A DNA stretch of 64,000 bases from positions 4,652,001 through 4,716,000 of the forward strand of contig CM075993.1 in the NCBI GenBank assembly GCA_038087875.1, given 5' to 3'. The position numbers and the translations under genes were made by a program. This document shows, in pieces, positions 38,301 to 49,900 of the stretch (position 1 is its first letter; each line of letters opens with the position of its first letter). The DNA is from Malacoraja senta. Lineage: Eukaryota. Below the pieces are notes generated by a model that worked only from the letters and a program-made list of their open reading frames with translations, was not told where the DNA came from and ran no database searches.

Positions 38301-40387
38301 ATGCCTGCTGTTTGGCCATATAGCTAAAATACAATAAATGCTGAAGTAGCATAAAAGGTGTTTATTTATCAATTAACCAAAAATTAATTATGCACGTGCA
38401 GTGAAGTACAGGTACAATGAAAAGCTTGCTGGGAGCAGAATCGCAGGCACATAAACTTAGATGACACACAAAAACATAAATTATGCACATATTACACAGA
38501 AACTCTACAAGGTGGTGAAATAGAGAAGAAGGGGTGTAAAATAAACAAAATGTTAGTGCAGAATAAACTTCAGTCTTGTAGATAGTAGATGGGATGTCAG
38601 GAGAGGAGTCACTCACCTCAGAGTGAGTACCTGCTCATGTACAGGCGTTATTTATGTACCTGGTCCATTTAGTTTCAGGCCAGTTGTGACACCCAGGATG
38701 CTGACAGTGGGGTCTCAGTGCTGGTACAGTCATTGCACATCAAGGGTAGGTGGTTACTCTTGTTTTTTTTGTTGAGTTAGTCATTACCGGTCATATCTGT
38801 GGCACCAATGTAATCTACTCATGACCCAAGCCTGAATATTGTCCAGATCCTGCTGCATACAGGCATGGGTGTATAATTTGCTGAGGAGTTGCAAATGGAT
38901 CAAACACTGTGATCAAACACTGTGGGTGGGGCGAATGGGTGAGAGACGCCTGGAAGAGAGGAGGGGCAACGCCAAGATGAGATCTGGAGCCCAATGATCT
39001 TGATGAAACCCACACCAGGCATCGATGAGTAGGTTATTGGTAAGTATATTCCATTAAAACCAGGTCAATTTTCCACATTACCGGGTCGATGCCAGTATCA
39101 TAACTGGAACAATCCGGATCGGACGCACAAATTATTTTTCTCATCACAGCCTTGATGCAAACATGGGACAAAGAGCTGAGAAACTACAGTTGGGATGTTG
39201 TCTGCTTCCATAGCCTTTGACGTCAGTACTCGCAAACATTTCGGAATATCACATGGAGCAAATCAAATTGGCTGCAGACTGGGGTCTCTGATGGTCGGAG
39301 TATTAGCGGATGCCAAAATGAATCATCTACTCAGTAAATAATGAATGTAAAAATGTATTTTCCATGTGGAAATCTAATGCCAAGAATTATAAAGTAACAA
39401 TTTTGGCATAAATGAGACACAAAATAAAATGGTGCAGCTCTCAAGACATACAGGAACAGAGATCTGGATTATGCATTGGAAGTGTCAGTGTAGGTTGAGA
39501 AATGTTTAATAAAGTACTGCCAGTACCGGCAGCACAAACTTCCTGTTAAGTAATATCATTTTTTTTCACTGAAGTAAATTGCAGAGAGTTGTGGACACAG
39601 CCCAGTCCATCACACAAACCAGCCTCCCTCCCACCAACTCTATCTACACGTCACATTGCCACAGGAAAGCAGGCAACATAATTAAGGACCACCCATTCAC
39701 CTTTCCCTCCTCTCCAGTCAAGCGGGAGAAACAAAACGTTGAGAGCACGTAGCACCTGATTCAGGTACAGCTTCTTCCCACTGTAAGACACAAAGTGCTG
39801 GAGTAACTCAGCAGGTCAAGTAGCATCTCTGGAGAATAAGGATGGGTGACGTTTCGTGTCGGGAGACTTCTTCAGATTCCTTTCCGTTCTTCTCGCTGTT
39901 ATCAGATTACTCCCATAACTCCCGTAAACTAGCCCTGATCTTCCAACCTGCCACACGGCAGAGAACAAAGGGGACTCGGGTTGGGGGAGGCGGGAAGGAA
40001 GAGCGATCATCAGGACTATATGGAATACTTTTGTAACGTTGTTGGCACCCTATACGTGGCCACTCTTTGTTTGCTTGTGTATTGTAGGCAAAATAAAGGA
40101 TTTCACTGTGCCAAGTACATGTGACAATAAAGTATCAATCAATCAATCTTGGACTTGGTTTTATCTGCACTTTCTCCAACTGTAATGCTATTATGTTGAA
40201 ACATCATATTCTGCACTCTGATATTTCTTTCTTTGCACTATCTGCTGTATTTGTGTATGGCTTGATTGTCCTCATGTGTAGTATGATTTGACTGGGTAGC
40301 TTACAACAAAGCTTTTCATTGTATTCCTTCACACGTGACAATGAGAAATCAATACCAATGCATGAAAGGTACCTGAAGGTAGGGTAA

Positions 40388-40719
40388 AGGGCCTGTCCCA
40401 CTTACACGATTTTTTTCGTTGACTTGCCGGCACCCGTCATAGTCGCAGCAGGCCGCCGAGATTTTTCAAAATGTTGAAAATCCAGCGGCGACCAGAAAAA
40501 GGTACGACTCTTTGGGCGACTACTCACGACCATCCAGGCGTCATCCTGCGACATGTCGACACGTGACACTTGTTTGGTCGTGTGTAGTCGCCCAAAGAGT
40601 CTTACCTTTTTCTGGTCGCTGCTGGATTTTCAACATTTTGAACATTTTCGGCCACCTGCTGCGATTATGACGGGTGACGCTAAGTCGCCGAAAAAAATCA
40701 CGTAAGTGGGACAGGCCCT
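40388..40719. mobile_element. Harbinger-type MITE, almost fully palindromic
   Basis: ~150-bp imperfect inverted arms from AGGGCCTGTCCCACTTAC; flanks TAA/TTA. Confidence 0.8.
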
Positions 40720-41575
40720 TTAAAATGCTTAGACTGATGAGTTTAGAATGATCAGAGCATAAACAGCGCAAAATTAGCAAACAAAAATGCATGACTACCA
40801 AAAGGACACCATTTTCAGAATATGCCGACACTGCCCACTGACTTTAATGTTAAAAAAATTTAGGGACAATTTTTTCAGGCACAGCTCAGATTTGACAGGA
40901 ACAAGGGAACAAGCGCAGAGATCCAAGATGCGGCTTTCATGCCGCTTAAGGTCAAATTATTAGTGTTTATCACTGAAGTAAAAATTATTGAACATTATAT
41001 TTGAAAATTACTCAACTTATCATTGAACATAAAAAGTGTTTATTCTGCATTTTGCCATTTAGATTCTTATTTTCACCTTGCAATTCCCTCATCTACATAA
41101 AAGCCACCTTTTGGGAGTCAGTATTCCTCCAGACTTCGAGGAAAATCTTTAATAAGGCACATTTTTTAATTTTATGGAGAAAATAATGCAAAACTGGACC
41201 TGTGGCACTTCAAAGAGACATAAAGCACGGAAACAGGCCCTTTGGCACAACTTGCCTACGCTGACCAAGATGCCCCATCCACGCTAGTCCCACCTGTCCA
41301 CATTTGGCCCATATCCCTCTAAACCCTTCCTACCCAAGTACCTGTCCAGGTGCCTTTTAAATGTTGTTATCGTACAGGTCTCAACAACCTTCTCTGGCAA
41401 CTCAAACCATATACACACTGCCCTCTGTGGGGAAAACAATTGCCCCTCAGGTTCCAATTATTTTTTTGCCCTCTCACATTAAACCTCTGCTCTCTGGTTC
41501 TTGATTCTCCTACAATGGGTAAACGACTGTGTGTTCACCCTATTTATTCCCCTTGTCATTTTATACCCAGATCAT

Positions 41576-41716
41576 CTACTTCTTCTTCCGTATGGCGTGC
41601 ACAGCCTAAAGTTGTACGACAACTTGTTCTATTTGATCTTATTTGATTGTGCATGCCGGGTTGATTGCATTTGTCGAAACAGGGTAGACCACGTGAAGGT
41701 TGCAATCTCCCACCCC
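41576..41716 (-). mobile_element. Family H1 copy, ribozyme head 41663-41716
   Basis: TSD acccagatcat at 41565-41575 and 41717-41727, abutting G1. The P1' variant CTACCCT still pairs with GGGGTGG. Confidence 0.9.
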
Positions 41717-43898
41717 ACCCAGATCATGAGGGGCATAGATAGGAAGTGCAAAGGAAAATCATATATTACACTTTCTACTCCTCTGTAGTAGAAGTGGGGA
41801 AAGTTACATAGGTCTATCACACAAAGTTAGTTTTCATGGATTTTATAGGCTTCATTAACCATCATAAAATCAAGATTTCTGTTGAGCATGATACAGTATA
41901 CAAGATGTGAATTAATCCATTGCATATTGTGTAATGTGATATCATATCAGCGGGGTAACAAGCAATCATGTTTCCCCCTTATAGGTTATGTTGTAATCTG
42001 AACCCCATGACTGAATCATTACCTTGTAATTTTCTGAAAGGTATTCTCAATGTATCACTCACACTTTACACTATTGATTAGAGAGAAACAGGGGGCGCAA
42101 ACAGCATGGCAGTGAAAAACGTGATAGTATGTCACAAAGCTAATGACCAATGTCAGCTTTAACAGCTCTTTTTAATAAGGTGACAGAGGATCACGGCCTT
42201 CCAGTGACCCTGGGAGACCACGACCCTGTCAAAAGACTGAGACATCGAATCACCGAGCACATCTACTTAATCTCCTCCATTCAAAAAAAAAAAGACAAAC
42301 GAGAGCCTGAAGTCTGAGCCACAAATTCATGGTTAAGATTCAAGCGTTTAACGCGAATTTGTTCTTTTAGGATTTATAGGAAAATGCAATCAGGTGGTTG
42401 AGGGCACTGGGACAATAACAGAAAAGAGAAATGCACGTTGACAATGACAAATAACAACCCCTGACAACAGCTTTGCAACATGGTGAGATTGCTGAACCTC
42501 TACATTTGTTCTGTTAATCATGTTCATTCATGGCAGCAACACCAATGGATAATAATTTCAAGATTCTTTTTGTTGTTTGTTGCTTTTAATGAAGTGATCT
42601 TGGAGTGGGAAAAAATAAGCAACCCAGGTACCTGCACAGATACAAGATCACAGGTAACTCAGCGGATCAGACAGCATCTCTGGAGAAAAGGATAGAGGCA
42701 TAGAGTGATATATTGTGGAAACAGGCCCTTCGGCCCAACTTGCCCACACTGGCCAACATGTTCCAGCTACACTAGTCCCACCTGCTTGCATTTGGTCCAT
42801 ATCCCTCCAAACATGTCCTATCTATGTACCAGTCTAACTGTTTCTTAAATGTTGGGATAGTCCCAGCTTCAACTACCTCCTCTGGCAGCTTGTTCCCCCT
42901 CAGATTACTATTAAATCTTTTCTCCTTCACCTTGAATCTATGTCTTCTGGTTCTCAATTCCCCTACTCTGATCAAGAGATTCTGTGCATCTTTGAAGAGT
43001 CTTTGAGTCCACATTCCCACTGGGAAGAATGTACTGATTCTGTATGTCTATAATTGGATGGTTAGCAAACAGATTTACTGCTAGCGATACGTTTGGCACG
43101 CAGTGGGAAGAAATCACACCAGGTTTTGGTGTGTCCGACAGGGCCAGATCGTAAAGACAATTTCTAATTGCTCTTGACCTATGGCAGTCCCTCTGGTGAT
43201 GGTTCCCCCTCAATGCTGTTGGGCAGGAAGTTCCATGATGTAGACCAGATGACTGTATAGGTGATGTTTTGGGTCGAGACCCTTCTTCAGACCTCACTCT
43301 GAAGGGGCAATCATGATAAGCCTGGAAACTATGGACCACTGCAACAGTAGTGGTGAAGTTGTTGGAAAAAAATTGGAGGATCAGGATTTGGGTTCACTTA
43401 GTAAGGCACAAAATTATTTTCTGAGAAGTTAGCATAGTCTCATGCAGGGGGAGATCATGGCTCACGAATCTGACTGGGAATTTTGAGAAGGCATTGCAGA
43501 ATACACAGCTGATGTCTCACAAGATCTGCCACAGTACTCTGGCCTAGATGGTCACAGAGGGTCCAAGATGTGGAGGGAAACTGGATCCAAAATTGGCTTG
43601 GTGATAGGCGGCAGAGTGTAGTCATGGATGAGTTATTTTCTACCCCCAAGTCTGTAACAAGTGGTGCACCACTGCGACTGGTGCTGGGATATTTGTTCTT
43701 TATCATACACATTAGTGACTTGGATGAGAATGCAAATGGTCTTATTGATAAGTTTGCAGACAACACAAACGTTGGTGAGTCGTGGTTAGCAAAGAGGGTT
43801 GTCCAACTGATCCTTGCTTCACGCTACATGTCTGCTCTGTCTCCTTTAAGCCACGGCTGCTTCACGCTACTCGTTACATGTCTGCTCTGTCTCCTTTA

Positions 43899-44399
43899 AG
43901 GGCCTGTCCCACGGGCATGCGACTCCATGCGGCAAGCGCGACCTAACCGCAAGCGGGGGCCGCGCGGTGGTCGAGTGATCCCCGTATAGGGCCGGTCCCA
44001 CCAGCATGCGGCAAGCGCTACTAAATCGGAAGCGGGGGCCGCGCGGAGGTCGAGTGCCGTCAAGACGGTGCGTACGTACGGCGAGGCGGTGCGCACGGCC
44101 TCGATGCGGATGCGTCTACCGTCGAGGCGGTGCACACGGCCTCGATGCGGCTGCGTCCGGCGTCGAGGCGGTGCGCACGGCCGTCGATGCGGCGCGCACG
44201 GCCTCGATGCGGCAGGCTGTTGCCGCACGGAATTTTTGAAGTGTCAGTTTTTCAGAGCCCCGCGCGATGTCGGGACCAGCTCCGCACAACTCCATGGGGC
44301 TCTCGCGATCGAAGTGGGACCGGCCCCGCGACCCCCGCGACCCGCTTGCGGTTATGTCGCGCTTGCCGCATGGAGTCGCATGCCCGTGGGACAGGCCCT
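43899..44399. mobile_element. GC/CpG-rich Harbinger-type MITE
   Basis: TIR AGGGCCTGTCCCACGGGCATGCGACTCCATGCGGCAAGCGCGAC. TTA TSD supported by the empty-site duplicate at 43841-43859. Confidence 0.85.
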
Positions 44400-44464
44400 T
44401 TAAGCCACGGCTGAGATCAACTGGAAGGGGGGGCAACGCAATGGCAGATGGAACTTGATCCAGC

Positions 44465-44586
44465 TTCTTCTTCTTTCGTATGGCGTGCACAGCCTAAAGT
44501 TGTAGGACAACTTGTTCTATTTGATCTTCCGTTTGTGCACGTCGAGTTGATTGCATTAGTTGAAACAGGTTGCAATCTTCCACCCC
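44465..44586 (-). mobile_element. Family H1 copy with internal deletion of the ribozyme core
   Basis: 14-bp TSD gaacttgatccagc at 44451-44464 and 44587-44600, abutting G1. L3, P3' and part of P1' are deleted between agg microhomologies. Confidence 0.88.
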
Positions 44587-45037
44587 GAACTTGATCCAGC
44601 CAATGGTGAGCTAATGCACTTCAGAAGGTCAAACTCTGGTCAGTCATATGGAATAAATGGCAGAAACCTTAAAACCATTGATGTAAAGAGGGTCCTTGGG
44701 ATCCAAGTCCATAGCTCCCTGAAAGTGGCAACACAGATGGATGGTGTAGTGAAGGTGGCATTTGGTATGTAGAATCAAGAATCTGCAGATGCTGATATAC
44801 ACAAAAGGACACAAAGTGCTGGAGTAACTCAGCAGGTCAGGCAGCATCTCTGGAAAATATGGCTAGGTGACATTTAGCGTCGGGGAGTTCAGACATTTGG
44901 TATGGGATGTCATACAGCAGAGCGTGCAGAAGTGATTCACCAGGATGCTACTTGGAATGGATGGCTGTAGTTATAATGAGAGATTGGATAGGCTGGGTTT
45001 ATTCTCACTGGAACATAGGAGGTTGAGGGGTGACCTT

Positions 45038-45716
45038 CAAGGTTTCAAGGTCAGCTTATTGTCACATGTACCAATTAAGGTACAGTGAAATTTGAGTTAC
45101 CATACAGCCATACTAAGTGAAAAGCAACAAGACACACAACCACATATAATAAAAGTTAACATAAACATCCAACACAGTGGCTCCCCACATTCCTCACTGT
45201 GATGGAAGGTAATAAAGTTCGATTTTTTCCCTCTTTATTCTCCGTTGTTGAACCATCCACAGTCGGGGCCGTCAAAGCTCCTGCAGCCGGCGATCTGAAG
45301 CCCTCGCGTTGGGGTGATCGAAACTCCTTGTCGGGACGGTTGAAACTCCCCGCGGCTTGGAGCTCCCGAATCGATCTCTAACCAGGGACCTTGTGCTCCA
45401 TGATGTTAAAGTGCACAGGCCCGTGGTTGGAGCTCTCCACAGTCGATCCCCAGCAAAGGGATCGCAAGTTCCACGATGGTATGTCCGCGCTGCGCCCGCG
45501 GTTGAAGCGCCGGGTCAGTCTCCAGGAAAGGTTGCGCCACCCCACGATGTTAGGCTGCAGCGCGGACGGAGATACGATACAGAAAAAAACAAAAACGCAT
45601 CTCCGTCGAGGTAAGAGATTGAAAATAGTTTCCCCCAGCCCCCCACCCCACATAAAATAAACCAAGGAACACTAAAACATACTCTTTTACAAGTTCTTAA
45701 AATAGTAAAAACAGAA
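45038..45716 (-). mobile_element. Non-coding retroposon with a Rex1-like 3' end, inserted in a CR1 fragment
   Basis: gacctt direct repeat on both sides, after which CR1 sequence resumes. Minus-strand 3' end catgtgacaataa..cttgaaaccttg. A truncated relative lies at ~26657-26820. Confidence 0.6.
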
Positions 45717-45993
45717 GACCTTATATAGATTCATAATATTATGAGGAATGTACATAGGATAGATGGAATCTTTTTGTCACACAGACTGAAGGTTAAGTTT
45801 TTCTCTCTGTAGATGAGGAGGCTGCCAGAGGAGGTGGTAGAGGTGGTAGATAAAATTACAACAGTTCAAAAGGATTTGGACAGGTACTTGGATAAGAGCT
45901 TCGAGGAACAAGGACCTAGTGCGAGCAACTGCGATTAGTGTTGACAGGCATTACAGCCGACATGAGTAAGGTGAGCCAAAACGGGCCATATCG

Positions 45994-46128
45994 AAGTCTG
46001 AAGAAGGGTTTCGACCCGAAACGTTGCCTATTTCCTTCACTCCATAGATGCTGCCTCACCCGCTGAGTTTCTCCAGCATTTTTGTCTACCTTTGATTTTC
46101 CAGCATCTGCAGTTCCTTCTTTAACACA
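45994..46128 (+). mobile_element. Solo PLE 3' unit with intact minimal hammerhead motif and tail
   Basis: TSD gggccatatcg at 45983-45993 and 46130-46140. Core CTGAAGA-A-GGGT-TTCG-ACCC-GAAACGTT at 45998. Confidence 0.85.
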
Positions 46129-46242
46129 GGGGCCATATCGGAGCTGTTCGATGCTATGATTCTATGAAAAGTTGCCATTATGTTCCAACCTTTAATGGTG
46201 CAGGAGGAATCGTGTAGACTAGCAACTCGAGTCTTCTCATAA

Positions 46243-46906
46243 AAGGCCTGTCTCACGAGTCTGCGGTCATTGGCGGCGAAACGGGAAGAATCTACCGCTC
46301 CTGGGCCGCCATAGACCGTGCACTCGGTCAAACGCACAATTCCGGGGCCGTGCGGCGTTGTTCCCAAAACCGCACGGTGCTAAAATAAAACCAACACTGT
46401 TCAAAAATATGTCCCTACCGCACAGCCTCCGCCAGTGAGGCACGAGCGTGGCACGGCCGCCGCCACAGCCGCCGCCAGTGTGGCACGAGCGCCGTGAGTA
46501 GAACCATCACCGCCACAGCCTCCGCCAGTGAGGCACGTGTGCGGCACGGCCGCCGCCACAGCGCCGCGATCAGCACGGCCGCCGCCACAGCCGCCGCTTG
46601 TGAGTCACGTGTGCGGCACGGCCGCCGCCACAGCCACCGCTACAGCGCCGCGATCAGCACGGCCGCCGCCACAGCCCCGCAGATCCCAAATGACGTCATC
46701 GCAGTCGGCCCGCCCTTTTTTTTTACTTACCGCAAGCTCGTGGGACCAGCCGTCCTTAAATCACTCGGCCCCCGCGCAGCATCCGTGCGGCGCTCCCGTG
46801 GCAAAGGCTCGGCGCTCTCGCCATTGCCGTGCGGTCCCCTCTACAGGCGAAGCCGCGCTTCACCGCGCTTCACCGCCGATGACCGCAACACTGTGAGACA
46901 GAGCCT
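46243..46906. mobile_element. Divergent GC-rich Harbinger-type MITE
   Basis: Imperfect TIR ..CTGTCTCAC..TGCGGTCAT(t/c)GGCGG; flanks TAA/TTA; internal tandem gcacggccgccgccacagc repeats. Confidence 0.7.
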
Positions 46907-49900
46907 TTACTATTCTCAACTTCAGTACTGAATGGTTGTCTAACAAACCTCTACTTTTGTGCTGTCTCAACAATATTCCAGTTACAGTGGTGTGTCATTA
47001 GGCCAGGCCATTCAATTAGTTTGGACGCATAATTCATGTTACGGTACCCTATTTCTCATACGTGCAAGCTTCTCCCAACCTTCAAAACACCACTTCTACA
47101 ATCTTACTTCACTTTTCAGTGCCCCTCATTATACTTGGGTGACAATTGTCAGTGATCGGAGAGCTCAGAGCCACATAAACAGAGCATGCGGTCACATTTA
47201 TATATGGTTATTATCAGTGAGCATCAGGTTGGCTGTCCATTCAAGTTCGAGTTTGTTGGCCTATGTGATGGGAGTGAATATGGTCTTGTTCCAAACATCT
47301 GCATATCTAAATCTTCCTCACCTGCCACACCTTCTCCTGCCTCTCCTCACTTCCAGCTCTCTTCCCCCTTCCCACACAATCACCTATCCACGTTCTCCAG
47401 AGATGCTGCCTTACCTGCTGAATTACTCCAGCACTGTGTGTCCTTTTGTGTAAACCAGCATCTGCAGTTCCTCATTTCTACATTTGCACTGTAGATCAGT
47501 CTCCAATATTTTCTATTTTTAATACTCCAACCACAGTTATGTTCATAACATAAAACACAATTCATTTTTGCTGCTTGCCTCTCCTTCCTTTACTAGGCGT
47601 AGCAATTTAATGTTCTCAGGGACATCATTCAAACCAAGACTGATTGTGGAGTTAGATATAGATTTTGATGCTATGTCACCTAATTTTTGCTGCTGAAGAA
47701 GGGAATCCTCTCAAGAACAGATAATTATAAAGTGCAAGAAAGAGTTCTATTAAATCATGTTCGCAATTATTTTGGCAAGACTCTCCCTCTCAACACTTCA
47801 ATTGGATAAATTGCCAGGTTAGAGATTTCAGAAGCAGTCTCTTTACTGTTGGTATGTCTGTAGTCCAAGTCTGATGTGGCAAGCTCATGGAGCACAGGGG
47901 GATGTGGCTCCAAGACAATGAAAGGTTACAACTGAAGAAGGGTCTCGACCCGAAACGTCGCCCATTCCTTCTCTCCAGGGATGCTGCCTCACCCGCTGAG
48001 TTACTCCAGCATTTTGGGTCTACCTTCGATTTAAACCAGCATCTGCAGTTCTTTCTTACACATTATACAAACTTTGTTGGTTAATGCTGGGGGAATGGGC
48101 CAATATTTTTATTTTTATTCTCGCACATGTCATTATAAATCTATAAACATTGAGAAGCGAGAACACATGCAAGCCAGTTGGTTTCCCTCCAGTCCTATAC
48201 CTTCATGTTTAGTTATTTATTTCCCTTTTGTTCTGCTCACATGCATCATAGGTGGCTTATCATTTCATATCTGAGAATCAGATATTGCAGGCACAGATGC
48301 TGACAGTTTTATAAAGACAGGGGTTAAACTTGGTGCAATTGCTGGGCAATATATTACTCTTCAAACAGCCCAGGCTAAATGGTTTCTGGTTATAAATATT
48401 AGCGGTCAGTGAGATCACAAAGCTGTCAAGCAGACCTGATAATATTCAATTCATCATGGCCCATCCCTTCATTTACTCCCTGTCTACACAGCGACAGATT
48501 ATCCAGTGGTGTTTGGCTATCTCATCAAAAGCAGAATAGCACCTGGTACTGCTCATAGGCAGGGCTGTTCTTTGAAATATCAAATCTCATACTCTCCTCC
48601 ATAAACACACAAGCACATATTGACTACATTTAGAAAACATACTATAACTTTTTTTAAATTTTTATTGCTTCATAAGCAGCTGAAGAGATAAGCATGCATT
48701 GGGCATTCTAATATTTAGGCAAGGCTTGTTATGGGCTTGTGCTAATGGGCAAACTTGGTTTGAAGGAATTCTGTTTTCAGGCAGCTAACTAAAATAGGAC
48801 TTCTTCAGACTGGTAGGTGACATTTTGGGTTGGGATCCATCTTCTAAAGAAAGGTCCTGACCCAAAACGTCATCTATCCATATTCACCAGAGATGCTGCC
48901 TGACCCGCTGAGTTACTTCAGCACATTTGTGTCTTTTTTTGCAAACTGGCATCTGCATTTCCTTGTTTCTACTAAGATTTGATTACAGTTCAGAATGGAG
49001 GTAAAACATGGGCCAGAGACCAATGTGCAGGGTGGTGCAATTATGAGATGGATAACTTTTAACAAACAAAATAAAAATTTGCATGTTGTGGGCATTTCAA
49101 GTGTTATATTTGCTTAAATTCCTTTCAAGTTAATTTCAGTGATTGCAACACAAGCGGATTACCGGTTGAAGCACAAGAGTAACAAAAAGCTAAACATCTT
49201 AAGAAATTAGTATAGCAAACAGCATCTGTGGAGCCAAGCGGTGGTGTAAGTTGATGTTTCGGGTCAAAACACTGCAACAGGACTGAGTAGACAGACTGCC
49301 AGCACATAACACTACGAGAGGGTAGGGATGGAGTCTAGTGGAACCACGTGGGGAGAGGATGATGGGCATCCAAGACCCAACTCTTGCCATTCCTACTATG
49401 ATCCCATTACTCGTCCTCTCTCTCTCTCCCCCCCCCCCCTCCCTTTCAGCTTCCGCATAGTGCACTGTCACCCTCCCATCCCAATGTGTGTTTCAAATAA
49501 AATGTTTGGATCGAAAACCTTGTTGGATCTGCCAAGTAAAAGCTTTGTTTGTTGTAATGGTTAAGGTTGGATAAAGGAATCAATATTGTGTCTTGTTTAT
49601 ATGAGTGACTATTTTCTTTGTGACGAGAAAATAATGTTTTTAATCATTAGGCTCACCTGGTCTCCAAATCTGGATGGTTTTTACTTCATTCCAGAAACAG
49701 TCTAAATATTCTGCCTCAGTCTGTTCACATTCAATGGATAATCTCAATTCTGAGTTCAGTAAGTAACAAGCTTTACTCTTACGAATAGTCATTTTTACTC
49801 TGTAGATTTGCCAATACTTTGGAAGAGGAGGGGGGCGGGGGGCGGGAACAATAAAGCAATCTGAGGGTTAAACACACAACATTTTAACAGTTTTACCCCT

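Larger units (their letters stand above)
43400..45990 (+). mobile_element. Decayed CR1 LINE backbone interrupted by nested insertions
   Basis: WIQNWLGDRRQSVV...SGAPLRLVLG..LF..HISDLD...KFADNT RT motifs in ORF 43570-43899. CR1 sequence resumes after each nested element. Confidence 0.75.

Noticed and set aside
43896..44490. Overlapping Arg/Ala-rich ORFs (also 29393-29937 and 46494-46931)
   Set aside because: Stop-poor GC-rich MITE interiors with no transposase motifs.
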